Shown: positions 28,535 to 37,323 of the stretch, in pieces
Numbering within the stretch: position 1 is the first letter of the stretch
Layout of the letters: each line of letters opens with the position of its first letter
Sequence record: MT701590.1
Length of the DNA: 64,000 nucleotides
Origin: Klebsiella phage Miami
Direction: 5' to 3' (one strand)
Program-made: the position numbers and the translations under genes
Notes under the pieces: model-generated
What the model was told of the DNA's origin: nothing
What the model saw: only the letters and a program-made list of their open reading frames with translations
Databases searched by the model: none

Positions 28535-28810
28535 ATGGCTCAGGCGCCATCCATAGTTTATTATGCTGCACGCACCACACCGACGGGAATTCTTTTGGTT
28601 GGTCAGGATCCTGACACCAAAGAGGTTCGTAAGTTCGATGTACCTAAAGATAAGCTGAACGCCAAATTAGGCGAGAAGTTTCGTTTGAGTTTCGGGGAGT
28701 TTCTCAGGGAAGATGAGCCTGACCCGATTATCTTCAGGGTTCATGATCTGAGTAAACCCAAAAAGAAACTCAATCCAAATAAGAAACATGCTAAAAGGAA
28801 AAGAAAATGA
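28535..28810 (+). CDS. hypothetical protein (91 aa)
   Basis: Co-oriented ORF. Confidence 0.45.
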   Translation: MAQAPSIVYYAARTTPTGILLVGQDPDTKEVRKFDVPKDKLNAKLGEKFRLSFGEFLREDEPDPIIFRVHDLSKPKKKLNPNKKHAKRKRK

Positions 28811-29016
28811 TCACGGAGATAGTAACTATCGTACTATGTTACTTCGCCGGAGGGTGGTTTTTACATTTACTCTGGTGGCGTAATCAGAGAGCTCCAAAAG
28901 AAGGCTACGTCAAAACGTTATTCAAAGCCTGGCTTAGTCCTATATGGCATCTGTTTATTCTTATCGGCCATGCGTTCAAACGGGTAAGTGAATTCTTTTT
29001 GGAAATCTTTAAGTAG
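28807..29016 (+). CDS. small membrane protein (69 aa)
   Basis: One or two hydrophobic helices. ATGA overlap. Confidence 0.45.
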   Translation: MITEIVTIVLCYFAGGWFLHLLWWRNQRAPKEGYVKTLFKAWLSPIWHLFILIGHAFKRVSEFFLEIFK

Positions 29017-29018
29017 TC

Positions 29019-29243
29019 ATGTTAGAGTTTAAAATTAAATGCGTCAGAGGAAGACGGATGTATAAACTGTTTTCCTTTTTAAGGGAAGTTCTTTACGGGA
29101 GAGGGGTGATTTCTTCTACAGCGATTGACTGGGAGTTGGGAGAAATCACTTTGAGTATCTTTGCGCCGGGAGAAGAAGAAACACTGACAGAAGAAATAAA
29201 ACAGTATTGCGAACAACACAGCTCATTGACTTTTCTATCCTAG
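29019..29243 (+). CDS. hypothetical protein (74 aa)
   Basis: Co-oriented ORF. Confidence 0.4.
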   Translation: MLEFKIKCVRGRRMYKLFSFLREVLYGRGVISSTAIDWELGEITLSIFAPGEEETLTEEIKQYCEQHSSLTFLS

Positions 29244-29250
29244 TCTATCT

Positions 29251-29270
29251 TTTTAGGAACCAACATCATG
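29251..29270 (+). promoter_or_regulatory. conserved translation-initiation motif instance (ttttaggaaccaacatcATG)
   Basis: Matches the consensus. Confidence 0.6.
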
Positions 29271-29516
29271 ATGAATAGGTTGAAGTTAAGACTAAAGAAA
29301 AACCTTTCTAAGACCTATCGACAATCCATTAGGTTTGAATCAGATTACCGCTATAGGGTTATCGACCTCGGCAATCATTTTCGTATTGAAAAAAGGATCT
29401 CCGGATATTGGATATTTGCACACTGGATGCGTTTACCGGTTATTTTTAATACCTACGACAGGGCTAAGAACAAGATCATTATTCTCGGCATTCATCACAC
29501 GTTTAAACTCAACTAA
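29268..29516 (+). CDS. hypothetical protein (82 aa)
   Basis: Conserved leader. Confidence 0.45.
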   Translation: MMNRLKLRLKKNLSKTYRQSIRFESDYRYRVIDLGNHFRIEKRISGYWIFAHWMRLPVIFNTYDRAKNKIIILGIHHTFKLN

Positions 29517-29545
29517 TCGATTCACTACTAATTAAGGAAACAAAA

Positions 29546-29968
29546 ATGTATTTATGGTTATTTCGCATTTTAATGGTAATTGCTGTTGCGCTCAATCTTT
29601 ATGGGACGTCGGTTGGTAGCGAGCAAATCGTTTCGTTCGCTGACTGGTTATTTTTACTCTTCACGTCATTCACGATAGGTTGTGTTATCGCTTTGTGTTT
29701 AGTTTACGCCACCCTATTCGCAGCGGGTCAAAAAGTCAAAGATATAGCTAAGAATATCTTAGCTAAAAACGAAGAACGTAAGAAAAAATCATGGTACGGT
29801 CTCAGGGTATGTGTCGGTCGTATCTGGGTATTTGGTTTCATGGCGTTTATGGCTTACTCAGGTTCACCTATTTTGGCTACGCTCAGCATCGTCTTCGTAT
29901 TGATGTCATATGGGCTGAGTTCTTTGATCATGACAAAGGTAAAAGACGTTGTCGCTAAGGAGATTTAA
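29546..29968 (+). CDS. integral membrane protein (140 aa, 4 TM)
   Basis: Hydrophobic helices. Confidence 0.5.
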   Translation: MYLWLFRILMVIAVALNLYGTSVGSEQIVSFADWLFLLFTSFTIGCVIALCLVYATLFAAGQKVKDIAKNILAKNEERKKKSWYGLRVCVGRIWVFGFMAFMAYSGSPILATLSIVFVLMSYGLSSLIMTKVKDVVAKEI

Positions 29969-30216
29969 TGGAGAATATCTCTTTCGGCGATTACCGAAGA
30001 TCGTTAGGGCTGACTAGGACCAATCCTAAGACCGATAAAGAGTTCGCGGTTCCTGATCACGCAGAACGCGTTTACGAGATACCCACAGAGATTGATGTTA
30101 TCGAGGGCGGCGTAAAGCTTGAGTACATTAGCGGAAAGGGTCACGTGTACGCGACATACCGCTGGATCGGCGACATGGGTTGGTGGCGCTGGGAAAGCAG
30201 AAATAAACCAAATTAA
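29968..30216 (+). CDS. hypothetical protein (82 aa)
   Basis: Overlapping start and stop. Confidence 0.45.
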   Translation: MENISFGDYRRSLGLTRTNPKTDKEFAVPDHAERVYEIPTEIDVIEGGVKLEYISGKGHVYATYRWIGDMGWWRWESRNKPN

Positions 30217-30230
30217 CTTTAGGGAATATC

Positions 30231-30683
30231 ATGGCTAACGAATTCAACATTAACGGTAAAAGTATCAATGTGCCTTCAGGCGCGTCCATCAGTTTCTCCA
30301 ATGGAGAACTGTTAATTAACGGCAAACCTCCTTCAGAGATTGAGCCTGGTCAGAACATCACAGTTAATATCGTCGTACAGGGTTCTGTTACGAAAATCGA
30401 TATCGGATCAGGGACTGTCACTGTCAATGGATCGGCCGGGGAAATAAAAACAGCATCCGGCAACGTCAATGTCCAAGGTAATTGCGAGGGTCAGATAACC
30501 ACCGCATCGGGGGATGTGGGCGTTGGCCAAGAAGCAAGAAACGGAATAAAAACCGCGTCTGGTAACGTGACCACAAAGACTATAAAGGGCAACGTTGAAA
30601 CTTCTTCCGGAGATATTCAAGCTGATCAGATCGTCGGTAATGTTAAAACGACTTTCGGCACGATAAAACACCCTCATGGATAA
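30231..30683 (+). CDS. bactofilin-like beta-helical repeat protein
   Basis: 150 aa with periodic GNV/GDV/GDI repeats spaced about 8-9 and 17-18 residues (..TASGNVNVQGNCEGQITTASGDVGVGQEARNGIKTASGNVTTKTIKGNVETSSGDIQADQIVGNV..). This resembles the bactofilin (DUF583) triangular beta-helix. Confidence 0.4.
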   Translation: MANEFNINGKSINVPSGASISFSNGELLINGKPPSEIEPGQNITVNIVVQGSVTKIDIGSGTVTVNGSAGEIKTASGNVNVQGNCEGQITTASGDVGVGQEARNGIKTASGNVTTKTIKGNVETSSGDIQADQIVGNVKTTFGTIKHPHG

Positions 30684-30690
30684 ACCATTT

Positions 30691-30723
30691 ATACTCCTAC
30701 GGCGATTAAGCCGTAGGAGTATA
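30691..30723 (+). terminator. terminator hairpin atactcctacggc-gattaa-gccgtaggagtat
   Basis: 13-bp perfect stem after the stop codon. Confidence 0.6.
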
Positions 30724-30776
30724 TTTAAACGGTTATTTTTAGTTATTGAACTTCTCTTCCCTTTTAAGGATTATCT

Positions 30777-31640
30777 ATGAATTTTCAATCTTTGAAGAAA
30801 CTCGTCGGCCCGATTGAGTTATCTTGCATATCCTTCTGTTTGTTATTTATGATATTTAATCTACCGGCGGCTCAGGAGTCGTGGTTAGTCTCCGCAGTAT
30901 GTTATTTGGCTTTATTGTTCTCTGCCAGTTGGTTATTCAAAGCGGCAGGTTGTGTTCTGTGTTATAAAACGGAAGGCGGGTATGATGACGAACACGATCT
31001 AGAACATGTAGAGAACGTATTGCGAGGCGACCTTAGTTCTAAAGAGTGGTCTGCATTAACAGCGTGGCGAGTTCTAGTCGGGGTGGTTGTTCTGTTAGGA
31101 CTGGGAATATGGTACGGGGTGGGTTATTTCACCATGTTCTTTGCATCGCAGGGAATAGGTTTGCTTGTCAAAACCTATTACGATGATTGGAAGAAAAACA
31201 ACCAACCGTTATTAGAGAACGCCCGTAAAGAATTTCTTTTGGCTATTCAAGATGAAGGCGCTATTCTCAGCGGGGCTATTTTTATTAAAGGTCGGGGATC
31301 CTTCATTCTTAAGAAAGGATATAACGCAGCCGAATTTGACGCCATGTTAGATTGGTTAGATTTCGATTACGACCAAGAAGCATTAGAAGACGGATTCATG
31401 ATGATCCAGGGCTTCTTCGAACTCCAAGACAACTATCAAATTCAGCGTTATTGGGATGGGGAAGTTGGAGAATGCTGGGTGGTATTTAAGTGCCATGATC
31501 TAAGTACCATAACCGATCCGTTAACGTTATCGGCCGCATTATTAACCGATAATGAATTCGTAGAGGAATTCGAAGAATACCTCAAACAACATCCAGAAGA
31601 AATAGGATTAGAAAATGAAACCGATCGAACCGGGCTGTAA
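30777..31640 (+). CDS. membrane protein with acidic cytoplasmic C-terminal domain (287 aa)
   Basis: Four hydrophobic helices in the first 130 aa. Confidence 0.5.
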   Translation: MNFQSLKKLVGPIELSCISFCLLFMIFNLPAAQESWLVSAVCYLALLFSASWLFKAAGCVLCYKTEGGYDDEHDLEHVENVLRGDLSSKEWSALTAWRVLVGVVVLLGLGIWYGVGYFTMFFASQGIGLLVKTYYDDWKKNNQPLLENARKEFLLAIQDEGAILSGAIFIKGRGSFILKKGYNAAEFDAMLDWLDFDYDQEALEDGFMMIQGFFELQDNYQIQRYWDGEVGECWVVFKCHDLSTITDPLTLSAALLTDNEFVEEFEEYLKQHPEEIGLENETDRTGL

Positions 31641-32055
31641 GTGCCTGATTATTAAAGATATTTATTCTCCTGAGAACGTGGGTAAAGAGGTCACCGTGAT
31701 CAGGGTTTACGATCCCGGTACTCGCTTCTTTTTCTCATTTAAGGACGGTCAGGTGGGGAGCTTTATAACAGCGGGCAGATGTTGGAGTGTGTCTGAAATA
31801 ATCCCCGCCGTAGTGTTTGTGCGGACGGGCGGCGGTCGCATACCCAGCCAGGTCTTTGATATTAACGAATCGGGACGCTGCATCAATGGACTGGTGGGGG
31901 AACCCAGACTCATACGTATCGATGGGGAAGACTTCGACGATAATCCTTATCAGGAGAAGAAACCAATCTCAGATATACTGAGTTCTTTACAAGCCCACTG
32001 GGTCAACTCACCCGAAACATGGGATGAAAATCAAAGGAGGGTTCAACATGGATGA
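31615..32055 (+). CDS. hypothetical protein (146 aa)
   Basis: Overlaps the upstream gene by 26 nt. Confidence 0.45.
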   Translation: MKPIEPGCKCLIIKDIYSPENVGKEVTVIRVYDPGTRFFFSFKDGQVGSFITAGRCWSVSEIIPAVVFVRTGGGRIPSQVFDINESGRCINGLVGEPRLIRIDGEDFDDNPYQEKKPISDILSSLQAHWVNSPETWDENQRRVQHG

Positions 32056-32314
32056 TCTGATGAATTATCTTTGGGTTTTCCTGGCCATATTGGGGATAAA
32101 GTTCATCTTCGCTATTCATAAGGATAGCAAAGAAATGGGATACAGCCCCATCCCAAAAGTGGAATGGCGAGGGGGAGCGTTCTCTGCAGGGCCGGTGGTT
32201 TATTTTCTTTTCGGGTGTGCGATAGGGAATTACCAAAACATTTATTTATGTTTGGGTGTTCTAGCATTAATTATCGTTATTCTCAAATGCGATTTCTTTG
32301 TAAGAGAAGAGTAA
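32024..32314 (+). CDS. small membrane protein (96 aa)
   Basis: Two TM helices. Confidence 0.45.
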   Translation: MKIKGGFNMDDLMNYLWVFLAILGIKFIFAIHKDSKEMGYSPIPKVEWRGGAFSAGPVVYFLFGCAIGNYQNIYLCLGVLALIIVILKCDFFVREE

Positions 32315-32319
32315 TCTGA

Positions 32320-32345
32320 ATAGACCTAGTTATAACTAGGTCTAT
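32320..32345 (+). terminator. terminator-like palindrome atagacctagttataactaggtctat
   Basis: Perfect inverted repeat after the stop codon. Confidence 0.5.
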
Positions 32346-32384
32346 ATTACCTTTATGCCGAACTAACATTTAGGAATTAAAATC

Positions 32385-32972
32385 ATGATGAATCAATTGA
32401 AGGATTGGATTGACTACACCTCTTACTGGAATACGTATAACCGCGTTCTTCTTCGTAAAGGAGGGATGTACACCGAACAGATCGAACTGGAGCTCACCCC
32501 AATTAACGACGAGTGGGACGAAGTTAAACTCTGTAAAATCCGTAAGCATCGTACGAGCATGGGCCCGGGGGATAAAATTAGTCATCATCTCCATCCTGAC
32601 ATCTTTGCATTGATGGAAGAGAAGCTAGGATATCATTTAGCCCATTTTATCTTTCACTACGATATCTACACTAAGCTAACCAATTACGATGCGAGAAGAT
32701 ACTGGTACTTGCTTGATCGCTATGTCTTTAATGGTGGAGGTGGGATACCTCTGGTGTTGATAGATCCAAGCTTTGATTTGCTGAGAGAGGATTGGGCTAA
32801 AGGGACTTCCTCGGCTTACGCCGACGCTAAACAACGCATTATGGATAGATTGAACATAGGGTTGGATCAGGTAAACAATCTGAGTTTTTTCGGGGATTTA
32901 AGACGCTTGGACATTCACGATCACACACCATTTAGAGTGGGCGTGGCAACTTGGGTGGGGGATAAACGATGA
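32385..32972 (+). CDS. hypothetical protein (195 aa)
   Basis: Conserved leader. Confidence 0.5.
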   Translation: MMNQLKDWIDYTSYWNTYNRVLLRKGGMYTEQIELELTPINDEWDEVKLCKIRKHRTSMGPGDKISHHLHPDIFALMEEKLGYHLAHFIFHYDIYTKLTNYDARRYWYLLDRYVFNGGGGIPLVLIDPSFDLLREDWAKGTSSAYADAKQRIMDRLNIGLDQVNNLSFFGDLRRLDIHDHTPFRVGVATWVGDKR

Positions 32973-33388
32973 AACTCATTCATGGTAGAACTAGGTCGGT
33001 TATCCTCATAGGGAAATACGCCATAAAGCTCCCCTATTTGAAATCCTGGCCGTATTTCGTTAGAGGGTTACTGGACAACATGTTCGAGAAAAGCTATAAC
33101 CGATTCCCTAGTGAGTCATTGGCCCCTTTATTATTTTCTCTTCCTGGTGGTTTCTTAAACGTATACCCACGTTGTAGTGTAATAACCGATCCCAAAGACC
33201 CGCAACTTTGGAAACTATTCAAAAATCTTTACGAAGAGGATAACGAGTACATTTTAAATATCATAGAAGTCGCCGAGCCTTCCAACTTCGGTTATTATCA
33301 AGGTCGAATAGTAGCGATTGACTATGGCCATGGCCAACAGTACTTTTTGAACAAACGTATCGTCGAAGATGAATTGGGATTATTTTGA
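32969..33388 (+). CDS. hypothetical protein (139 aa)
   Basis: ATGA overlap. Confidence 0.5.
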   Translation: MKLIHGRTRSVILIGKYAIKLPYLKSWPYFVRGLLDNMFEKSYNRFPSESLAPLLFSLPGGFLNVYPRCSVITDPKDPQLWKLFKNLYEEDNEYILNIIEVAEPSNFGYYQGRIVAIDYGHGQQYFLNKRIVEDELGLF

Positions 33389-33438
33389 ATTTTTATCTAG
33401 TCAAGCGTGGTTTGGGCGGCTAAACCATAAGGAACGGT

Positions 33439-33684
33439 ATGAGAGATAATTTGGTAATATTGGGTAAGGGGTTCTATTTAGTAAGAACCCAGGCCGGTTT
33501 CAGAAAAGCGATTAAACATAGATTCTCTAATTCTCCGGATATCGCTGAAGAACGACCGTCCAATTATCCACGTTCGTACCCGGCCATTGTGTCCATATCG
33601 ACAGAATACAGGGGGTATTGGTATCCTAGTGTAAACTGGATCCCTTTAAACGACTTACTTGGTCAGATAAAGGAAAGTGAATGA
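33439..33684 (+). CDS. hypothetical protein (81 aa) of the RGYWYP paralog family
   Basis: Shares ..EYRGYWYPSVNWIPL.. with 33972..34283 (..GRGYWYPNRDNL..). Confidence 0.45.
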   Translation: MRDNLVILGKGFYLVRTQAGFRKAIKHRFSNSPDIAEERPSNYPRSYPAIVSISTEYRGYWYPSVNWIPLNDLLGQIKESE

Positions 33685-33950
33685 AATCGGAAATCATCGT
33701 TACCAGAACGTTCGCTCAGTTAAAAGAACTTCGGATAATGATCAGCCGTAAATTGGTTAAGTCGGCTTCTTTGGTTGAAACTACAGAGGGATGGTCGGTA
33801 GAGTTCAAAACAGAATACGGGGATAGAGTATTCTCTTCGTCAAAGAATGCGTACTATCCAAAGACCTTCAAAGGATTTACAGCACCCATCAAAATGTTGA
33901 GAAAGATGGGATTTGACGAAGTAAAGCTGGTATTTCTAAAGGCCAAATGA
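33681..33950 (+). CDS. hypothetical protein (89 aa)
   Basis: Co-oriented ORF. Confidence 0.45.
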   Translation: MKSEIIVTRTFAQLKELRIMISRKLVKSASLVETTEGWSVEFKTEYGDRVFSSSKNAYYPKTFKGFTAPIKMLRKMGFDEVKLVFLKAK

Positions 33951-33971
33951 TATTAATTTAGGAGAAATGAA

Positions 33972-34283
33972 ATGAAATTATTTCTGGTTCGTTCGTCCGA
34001 TAATCATGGGAAATACGAAAGATGGTGGGAATTGGTTGTTGCTGCTAAAGATGAGACGGAAGCAAAAGACATAACGTTCCCGCATCCTGATTTCGTTTCT
34101 GGCGCTTCAGTATTTGAACCAGTCCCTACTGGTGATAGTCATGGTTCGCTATCAGGTCTTCCTTATGGAGAAAAAGGCCGTGGGTATTGGTACCCTAACC
34201 GTGATAACCTCCATGTTATCTGTTTGGGCGAAACTCCTCTTACAGAGCCAGGAGCCATATCAGGGTTTTTCTACCACGCGTAA
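33972..34283 (+). CDS. hypothetical protein (103 aa) of the RGYWYP paralog family
   Basis: See 33439. Confidence 0.45.
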   Translation: MKLFLVRSSDNHGKYERWWELVVAAKDETEAKDITFPHPDFVSGASVFEPVPTGDSHGSLSGLPYGEKGRGYWYPNRDNLHVICLGETPLTEPGAISGFFYHA

Positions 34284-34306
34284 CAAGCATCTTTAGGGGA
34301 AATCTC

Positions 34307-34633
34307 ATGAAAGTAACAATCCAAGTGCTGGAAGACAGAGAAGTCGATATTATCGAGGCCTTAGAAAAAAGTTTGTTCATCCCCCATTTCTATTTCGTGC
34401 ATCGGGGGCGGGATAAAGGAGAATTCTTAGGGGAGGATGACGATTCTATTTTGATCATCTCACAGGAGTTGGTTGATTGTTGTCCTGAACTGGTCGTATT
34501 GGAATGCGGGGATTTGGAAAAACTATGTTTCTCCCAACGACGCACCAAAACCGAAAAAGAGGTTATTATCGAATACCTCAAAGCCAATCGAGAAAAGATT
34601 ATCAAAGTCACTGACTTGCCGGGGTACTATTAA
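34307..34633 (+). CDS. hypothetical acidic protein (108 aa)
   Basis: Conserved leader. Confidence 0.45.
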   Translation: MKVTIQVLEDREVDIIEALEKSLFIPHFYFVHRGRDKGEFLGEDDDSILIISQELVDCCPELVVLECGDLEKLCFSQRRTKTEKEVIIEYLKANREKIIKVTDLPGYY

Positions 34634-35166
34634 TGACTGCTCGTTGGTTCGCAGGGGATTTCCATTTAGGAGATCCTTCTATTATCAAATACCGTAAACA
34701 GTTTAAAACGGTAAAAGAGCACGATGAATTTATCGCCGATACGATTTTGGTTAAGCCTCGTGATCACGACGTGTTAACCATCGTTGGCGACGGATTCATT
34801 AAACCCGAATCGCTGTTCATCCTGAAGAAATTCCCGTATAAGAAACATCTTATCCCGGGGAATCACTGTATGGAGAAAGGCGTTAAGGTTACCGATCTTG
34901 CTGCTTTCTTCGACGTTGTTACCGGATCGTTTAAATGGAAGAGTGGGTTCTTCGTATCCCATGAACCTCAGCATCCTAATCATCTCCGAGGTCGCATCAA
35001 TATCCATGCTCATTTGCATGATAAAGTGATCGAAGACGAACGTTATATCGGGGTGTCGTTAGAACAAACCGGCTATCGTTTAATCCATCACGATGAGATC
35101 TTATCTGGTTCTTATCGTACTTATCGCAAACCAACCCTTGAAGACCATTTACATTTAGGAGAATAG
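34633..35166 (+). CDS. calcineurin-like metallophosphoesterase (Ser/Thr phosphatase-like), paralog A
   Basis: GDFHLGD...GDGF...PGNHC motifs of the metallophosphatase fold. Paralog of 49086..49883. Confidence 0.65.
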   Translation: MTARWFAGDFHLGDPSIIKYRKQFKTVKEHDEFIADTILVKPRDHDVLTIVGDGFIKPESLFILKKFPYKKHLIPGNHCMEKGVKVTDLAAFFDVVTGSFKWKSGFFVSHEPQHPNHLRGRINIHAHLHDKVIEDERYIGVSLEQTGYRLIHHDEILSGSYRTYRKPTLEDHLHLGE

Positions 35167-35168
35167 CC

Positions 35169-35465
35169 ATGGCTCGTAAACCTTCTACCGTAGGCGAGAT
35201 TATTAAGAAAGAGTATCTCGAACCGATGAACATGAGTATGATGGAACTCTGCCGTCGGACTCATTCAAGCAATGCCGCTATTTCCCGTCTGCTTAGCGGG
35301 AATACTCGTCTGAGTATTGAGATGGCGTTTAAACTCGCTAAGCTCTTTAACACAACTGAAGAGTTTTGGTTGAATCTTCAACGTCAAGTAGATCTTTACG
35401 AAGCTAAGCGAGATAAAGAGCTTAAGGCGACGTTAAAGAAAATTGTTCCCATTAGTAAGGTGTGA
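35169..35465 (+). CDS. HigA-like / XRE-family HTH protein (solo antitoxin-like)
   Basis: ..ELCRRTHSSNAAISRLLSGNTRLSIEMAFKLAKLFNTTEEFWLNLQRQVDLYEA matches the HigA/VapI antidote HTH, including the EFWLNLQ..YDL tail. No RelE/HigB-like toxin gene is adjacent. Confidence 0.55.
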   Translation: MARKPSTVGEIIKKEYLEPMNMSMMELCRRTHSSNAAISRLLSGNTRLSIEMAFKLAKLFNTTEEFWLNLQRQVDLYEAKRDKELKATLKKIVPISKV

Positions 35466-35812
35466 TAATGAGTCCGTTTAATATTTATTTTTCTGCTTCT
35501 CCCCTGGGGTCCGCTATAGGGTTAGCGATCTTGCTAGTCCTTGGGTGGTTTTTTATTTACCGCAGCCCTACAGCGATTAATCAAGTTATCGGTAAACAGA
35601 AACGCGTCTACGTTGTTTTGTTCGTCCTGGTATTTTTTATCGGGAGTTGTTTTAATATAGGTACTCGGCAAGCTGAGCTTAATCGTTCTCAGTTCGACGC
35701 CCAGATGAACACTGAGATCATCAAGAAATCACCTACCTCCACGGAAGTCTTCGATGCCCGTGGTAACTTTAATCAAGCGTTAGATAAAGCAAAAAAGGAA
35801 AATGAACAATGA
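35462..35812 (+). CDS. small membrane protein (116 aa)
   Basis: Two TM helices. Confidence 0.45.
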   Translation: MIMSPFNIYFSASPLGSAIGLAILLVLGWFFIYRSPTAINQVIGKQKRVYVVLFVLVFFIGSCFNIGTRQAELNRSQFDAQMNTEIIKKSPTSTEVFDARGNFNQALDKAKKENEQ

Positions 35813-36675
35813 AGAAACTTTTCTCAATTGTGGGATTAGTGATGATTGCAACTTTACTCTCTGGATGCGGTCAAATCGTAGAACCTGGTTTTAAAGCCAA
35901 GTTCCTTTCTTCCAGTGGTTACAGTAACGAGATCAAGGAGCCGGGTAAATATCAAGTTTGGTGGGGCGAGAAGTTGATTAAACTTGATACCTCGACCAAA
36001 GCGATATCCATTCCTCTCACTGTTAAGATGGCGGATGAAATGGATTTATCCTTTAGCGTTAACTTCCGTACCCGAGTCGGGGGTAACGATAAAGTCCTGA
36101 ACGCCATGTTTAACGACATTCGGCCTCAGGATACTGATAAGGGTCTGATCATCTCCTTAGATCAGGTATTCTCGGTTTACGGTAATGACGTAGTGAGTAA
36201 CGTTGCTCGTTCCGTAGTGGGGAAATACAAAGTCAGTGAGGTCTCTAAAAACTACGACACAATCAACGAGCAGCTTCAGGCTAAGTTAATCGAAGCGATG
36301 AAGAACAACCCGCTGGAAGTGTCCAACGTGACCGTCGCTAACATTACCTGGCCTAAAGTCATTACTGACGCCATCGAAAAGCAACAAGAACGTGAACTGG
36401 CAATCAAGACAGAAGAAAACCAGCAAGCTATAGAAATGGTCAAACGCACTAACCAGCTCAAACTCGCCGAAGCTGACCGAGAGATCGAACTCACTCGAGC
36501 GAGAACCCTGCGAGATCAGAACGCCATTACCGCCGATGGATTAAGTGATAAACTCATCGCTTATAAAGCGTTAGAGGTTCAACAATCCATGACAGATAAC
36601 AAGTCGGCGGTGTTTGTCCCTTATGAAGCGTTCAATGCACCCGGATTGTCCAACCGAATCTTTAGTGCCAAATAA
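35809..36675 (+). CDS. SPFH/band-7 (prohibitin-like) domain lipoprotein
   Basis: Lipobox LLSGC after the signal peptide. The C-terminal half has the Ala/Glu/Arg-rich coiled region typical of SPFH proteins (..ERELAIKTEENQQAIEMVKRTNQLKLAEADREIELTRARTLRDQ..). Confidence 0.5.
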   Translation: MKKLFSIVGLVMIATLLSGCGQIVEPGFKAKFLSSSGYSNEIKEPGKYQVWWGEKLIKLDTSTKAISIPLTVKMADEMDLSFSVNFRTRVGGNDKVLNAMFNDIRPQDTDKGLIISLDQVFSVYGNDVVSNVARSVVGKYKVSEVSKNYDTINEQLQAKLIEAMKNNPLEVSNVTVANITWPKVITDAIEKQQERELAIKTEENQQAIEMVKRTNQLKLAEADREIELTRARTLRDQNAITADGLSDKLIAYKALEVQQSMTDNKSAVFVPYEAFNAPGLSNRIFSAK

Positions 36676-36684
36676 TTAACAATT

Positions 36685-36712
36685 AATCTGGTTGGATAAG
36701 TCCAACCAGATT
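36685..36712 (+). terminator. terminator-like hairpin aatctggttgga-taag-tccaaccagatt
   Basis: 12-bp perfect stem after the stop codon. Confidence 0.55.
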
Positions 36713-36729
36713 ACTTTTACTTTAGGAGA

Positions 36730-37323
36730 ATGATGATGATCAACTGCTTAGAACCTAACGAATTCGTTCAGTTTAAAGAACAGTGGGATAAATATCTCGA
36801 GGAGGGTCTTCCCGGACTCGATGAAAGAATGAAGGGTCCGATGCTGATCCTGAACGCAATACCTGGGGTAGCGACCCGCTTTTGTTGTTCCGGTCATACC
36901 TTTGAAGAAAGGTTATCATCCCACCCGACCAAAGCGTATTCTCGAGTGCAGAAAAGGAACTTCATTTTTGTCGTTGAAGAAGGTCATGCCGATATTTTCT
37001 TTGCGTTTGAGATACTCTTCAAATTATTGAACAAAGACGAGTTTAGTTTTTGCCGGCCTTCTTTAGAAACCACTCTGCTCAAGAAAAACTTTGGTGAGTC
37101 GGAAACCTATCCGGTTTGGGTATTCGAAATGAATTGGGTTTACGAACTCACCGAGGAAGAAAAAATAAAGGGAAGGGATAAGACCCAGAAAGAACTTTGG
37201 GAGAAACTCCTCAGAGGACTGTTCATGATCACCGATCCAAAGGAACGCCATAAACACCGGGATATTCTGACCGAACCCTATTTCGACCAACCAGGACTTA
37301 TTAGGAAAACACATAATGTTTGA
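36730..37323 (+). CDS. hypothetical protein (approx. 195 aa; start may be the 2nd or 3rd ATG)
   Basis: Conserved leader. Overlaps the nadR start. Confidence 0.5.
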   Translation: MMMINCLEPNEFVQFKEQWDKYLEEGLPGLDERMKGPMLILNAIPGVATRFCCSGHTFEERLSSHPTKAYSRVQKRNFIFVVEEGHADIFFAFEILFKLLNKDEFSFCRPSLETTLLKKNFGESETYPVWVFEMNWVYELTEEEKIKGRDKTQKELWEKLLRGLFMITDPKERHKHRDILTEPYFDQPGLIRKTHNV

